This document shows positions 43,376 to 43,789 of a stretch of 43,789 nucleotides of DNA, one piece after another. Every line of letters starts with the position of its first letter. Position 1 is the first letter of the stretch. The translations under genes and the position numbers were made by a program. Below the pieces are notes generated by a model. The model made no database searches. It saw only the letters and a program-made list of their open reading frames with translations, and had not been told where the DNA came from. Source of the stretch: a candidate division WWE3 bacterium RAAC2_WWE3_1 (GTDB taxonomy: Bacteria > Patescibacteriota > WWE3 > UBA101185 > UBA10185); assembly GCA_000503835.1 (NCBI GenBank), contig CP006914.1, forward strand, positions 1 through 43,789, given 5' to 3'.

Positions 43376-43789
43376 TTTTCTTTTCCTTCTTTAGGCTTTT
43401 TTTAGCTACAGCCTTTTTCTTTTCTTTAGGAGCCTCTTCTTTTTTCTCCGCAGGTAAGAGTTCAATCCTTGCAGTATTAGCGTTATCTCCACCCCTGTTC
43501 CCTGTTTTTATAATCCTGGTATAGCCGCCCATTCTCTTTTCAAAACGTGATGCTACGCTATCCATAAGTTTTTTTATTGCTTCTTCGTTTCCGATAGCTT
43601 TTCTGAGTTCCTTTATGGTGTTGAATACAGCTATTCTGTCTTTAGACAGATAACCTTTTTTGGCTCTTGTGATAATTCTTTCTACGAAAGGTCTTACAAA
43701 TTTGGCTTTTTCCAAAGTGGTCTCGATCTTTTCGTGAATTATGAGACTGACGGCAAGATTTTTTTCGAGCGCTACTCTGTGTCCTGCAG
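43365..43789 (-). CDS. rplQ: 50S ribosomal protein L17 (5' end beyond the window edge), with a Lys-rich C-terminal tail
   Basis: The frame stays open upstream of the TTG used by the ORF track. Translating 43716-43787 gives AGHRVALEKNLAVSLIIHEKIETT, continuous with LEKAKFVRPFVERIITRAKKG and matching L17. The C-terminal tail is KKEEAPKEKKKAVAKKSLKKEKKNDK. Confidence 0.9.
   Translation of the reverse strand, partial: AGHRVALEKNLAVSLIIHEKIETTLEKAKFVRPFVERIITRAKKGYLSKDRIAVFNTIKELRKAIGNEEAIKKLMDSVASRFEKRMGGYTRIIKTGNRGGDNANTARIELLPAEKKEEAPKEKKKAVAKKSLKKEKKNDK

Noticed and set aside
1-43789. Alternative genetic code (UGA recoding), CRISPR arrays, tRNA, rRNA or tmRNA genes, and mobile elements
   Set aside because: All recognisable genes are intact under the standard code, and RF2 is present. 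No spacer exceeds about 165 nt, none showed cloverleaf-like or repeat-spacer structure, and I saw no transposase, integrase or inverted terminal repeats.

Overview
This 43.8-kb window is almost entirely coding and looks like a core-genome region of a small-genome bacterium with a Gram-positive-type envelope (sortase/LPXTG, SipW/TasA-type secretion). The archaeal-type AspRS, minimal IF-2, domain-truncated housekeeping paralogues and very short or overlapping intergenic spacers suggest a Patescibacteria/CPR-like lineage, but this is inference only. The standard bacterial code seems to apply: an RF2 gene with SPF and GGQ motifs is present, and no recognisable gene needs TGA read-through.

Plus strand, 1 to 36.8 kb: giant LPXTG surface protein, sortase, an isolated cassette for a Cys-rich acidic protein, DUF3048/YerB-like protein, wHTH regulator, secD-secF-recJ-aspS-DD-carboxypeptidase, one minus-strand exported hypothetical, gltX, recA-recX, rny-(73-aa TM ORF)-ymdB, hup, a membrane protein, a DnaJ-like protein, nusA-infB, a degenerate DHH protein, rpsO-pnp, a Zn-ribbon membrane protein, a Lon AAA-only protein, udg, rnj, ftsK and a small basic tail-anchored protein.

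Minus strand, 36.8 to 43.8 kb: rplQ(partial)-rplM-rpsI, then radC, a tasA-like gene, a sipW-like gene, a membrane-anchored Clp ATPase and prfB. One plus-strand XRE gene sits between these two groups.

I saw no rRNA, tRNA, CRISPR array, transposase or integrase.

Main candidates for follow-up:
1. An LPATG sorting signal sits in the middle of a 1662-aa ORF and continues in frame into a second signal-peptide module, next to a sortase.
2. A recurrent arrangement TGnTAnAAT, then 6-9 nt, then ATG with no Shine-Dalgarno implies widespread leaderless mRNAs alongside GGAGG-led genes.
3. In the tight radC / TasA-like / SipW-like / membrane Clp ATPase / prfB cluster, the peptidase's N-terminal TM anchor has no canonical start codon, and a 15-bp hairpin straddles the TasA-like stop codon.
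4. Several truncated or degenerate paralogues are present: a Lon AAA module without a protease domain, a DHH protein with DNN in place of DHH, and a ClpA-architecture ATPase with an N-terminal membrane domain.

Everything here was read by eye from the sequence and the ORF track. No searches or structure calculations were run.
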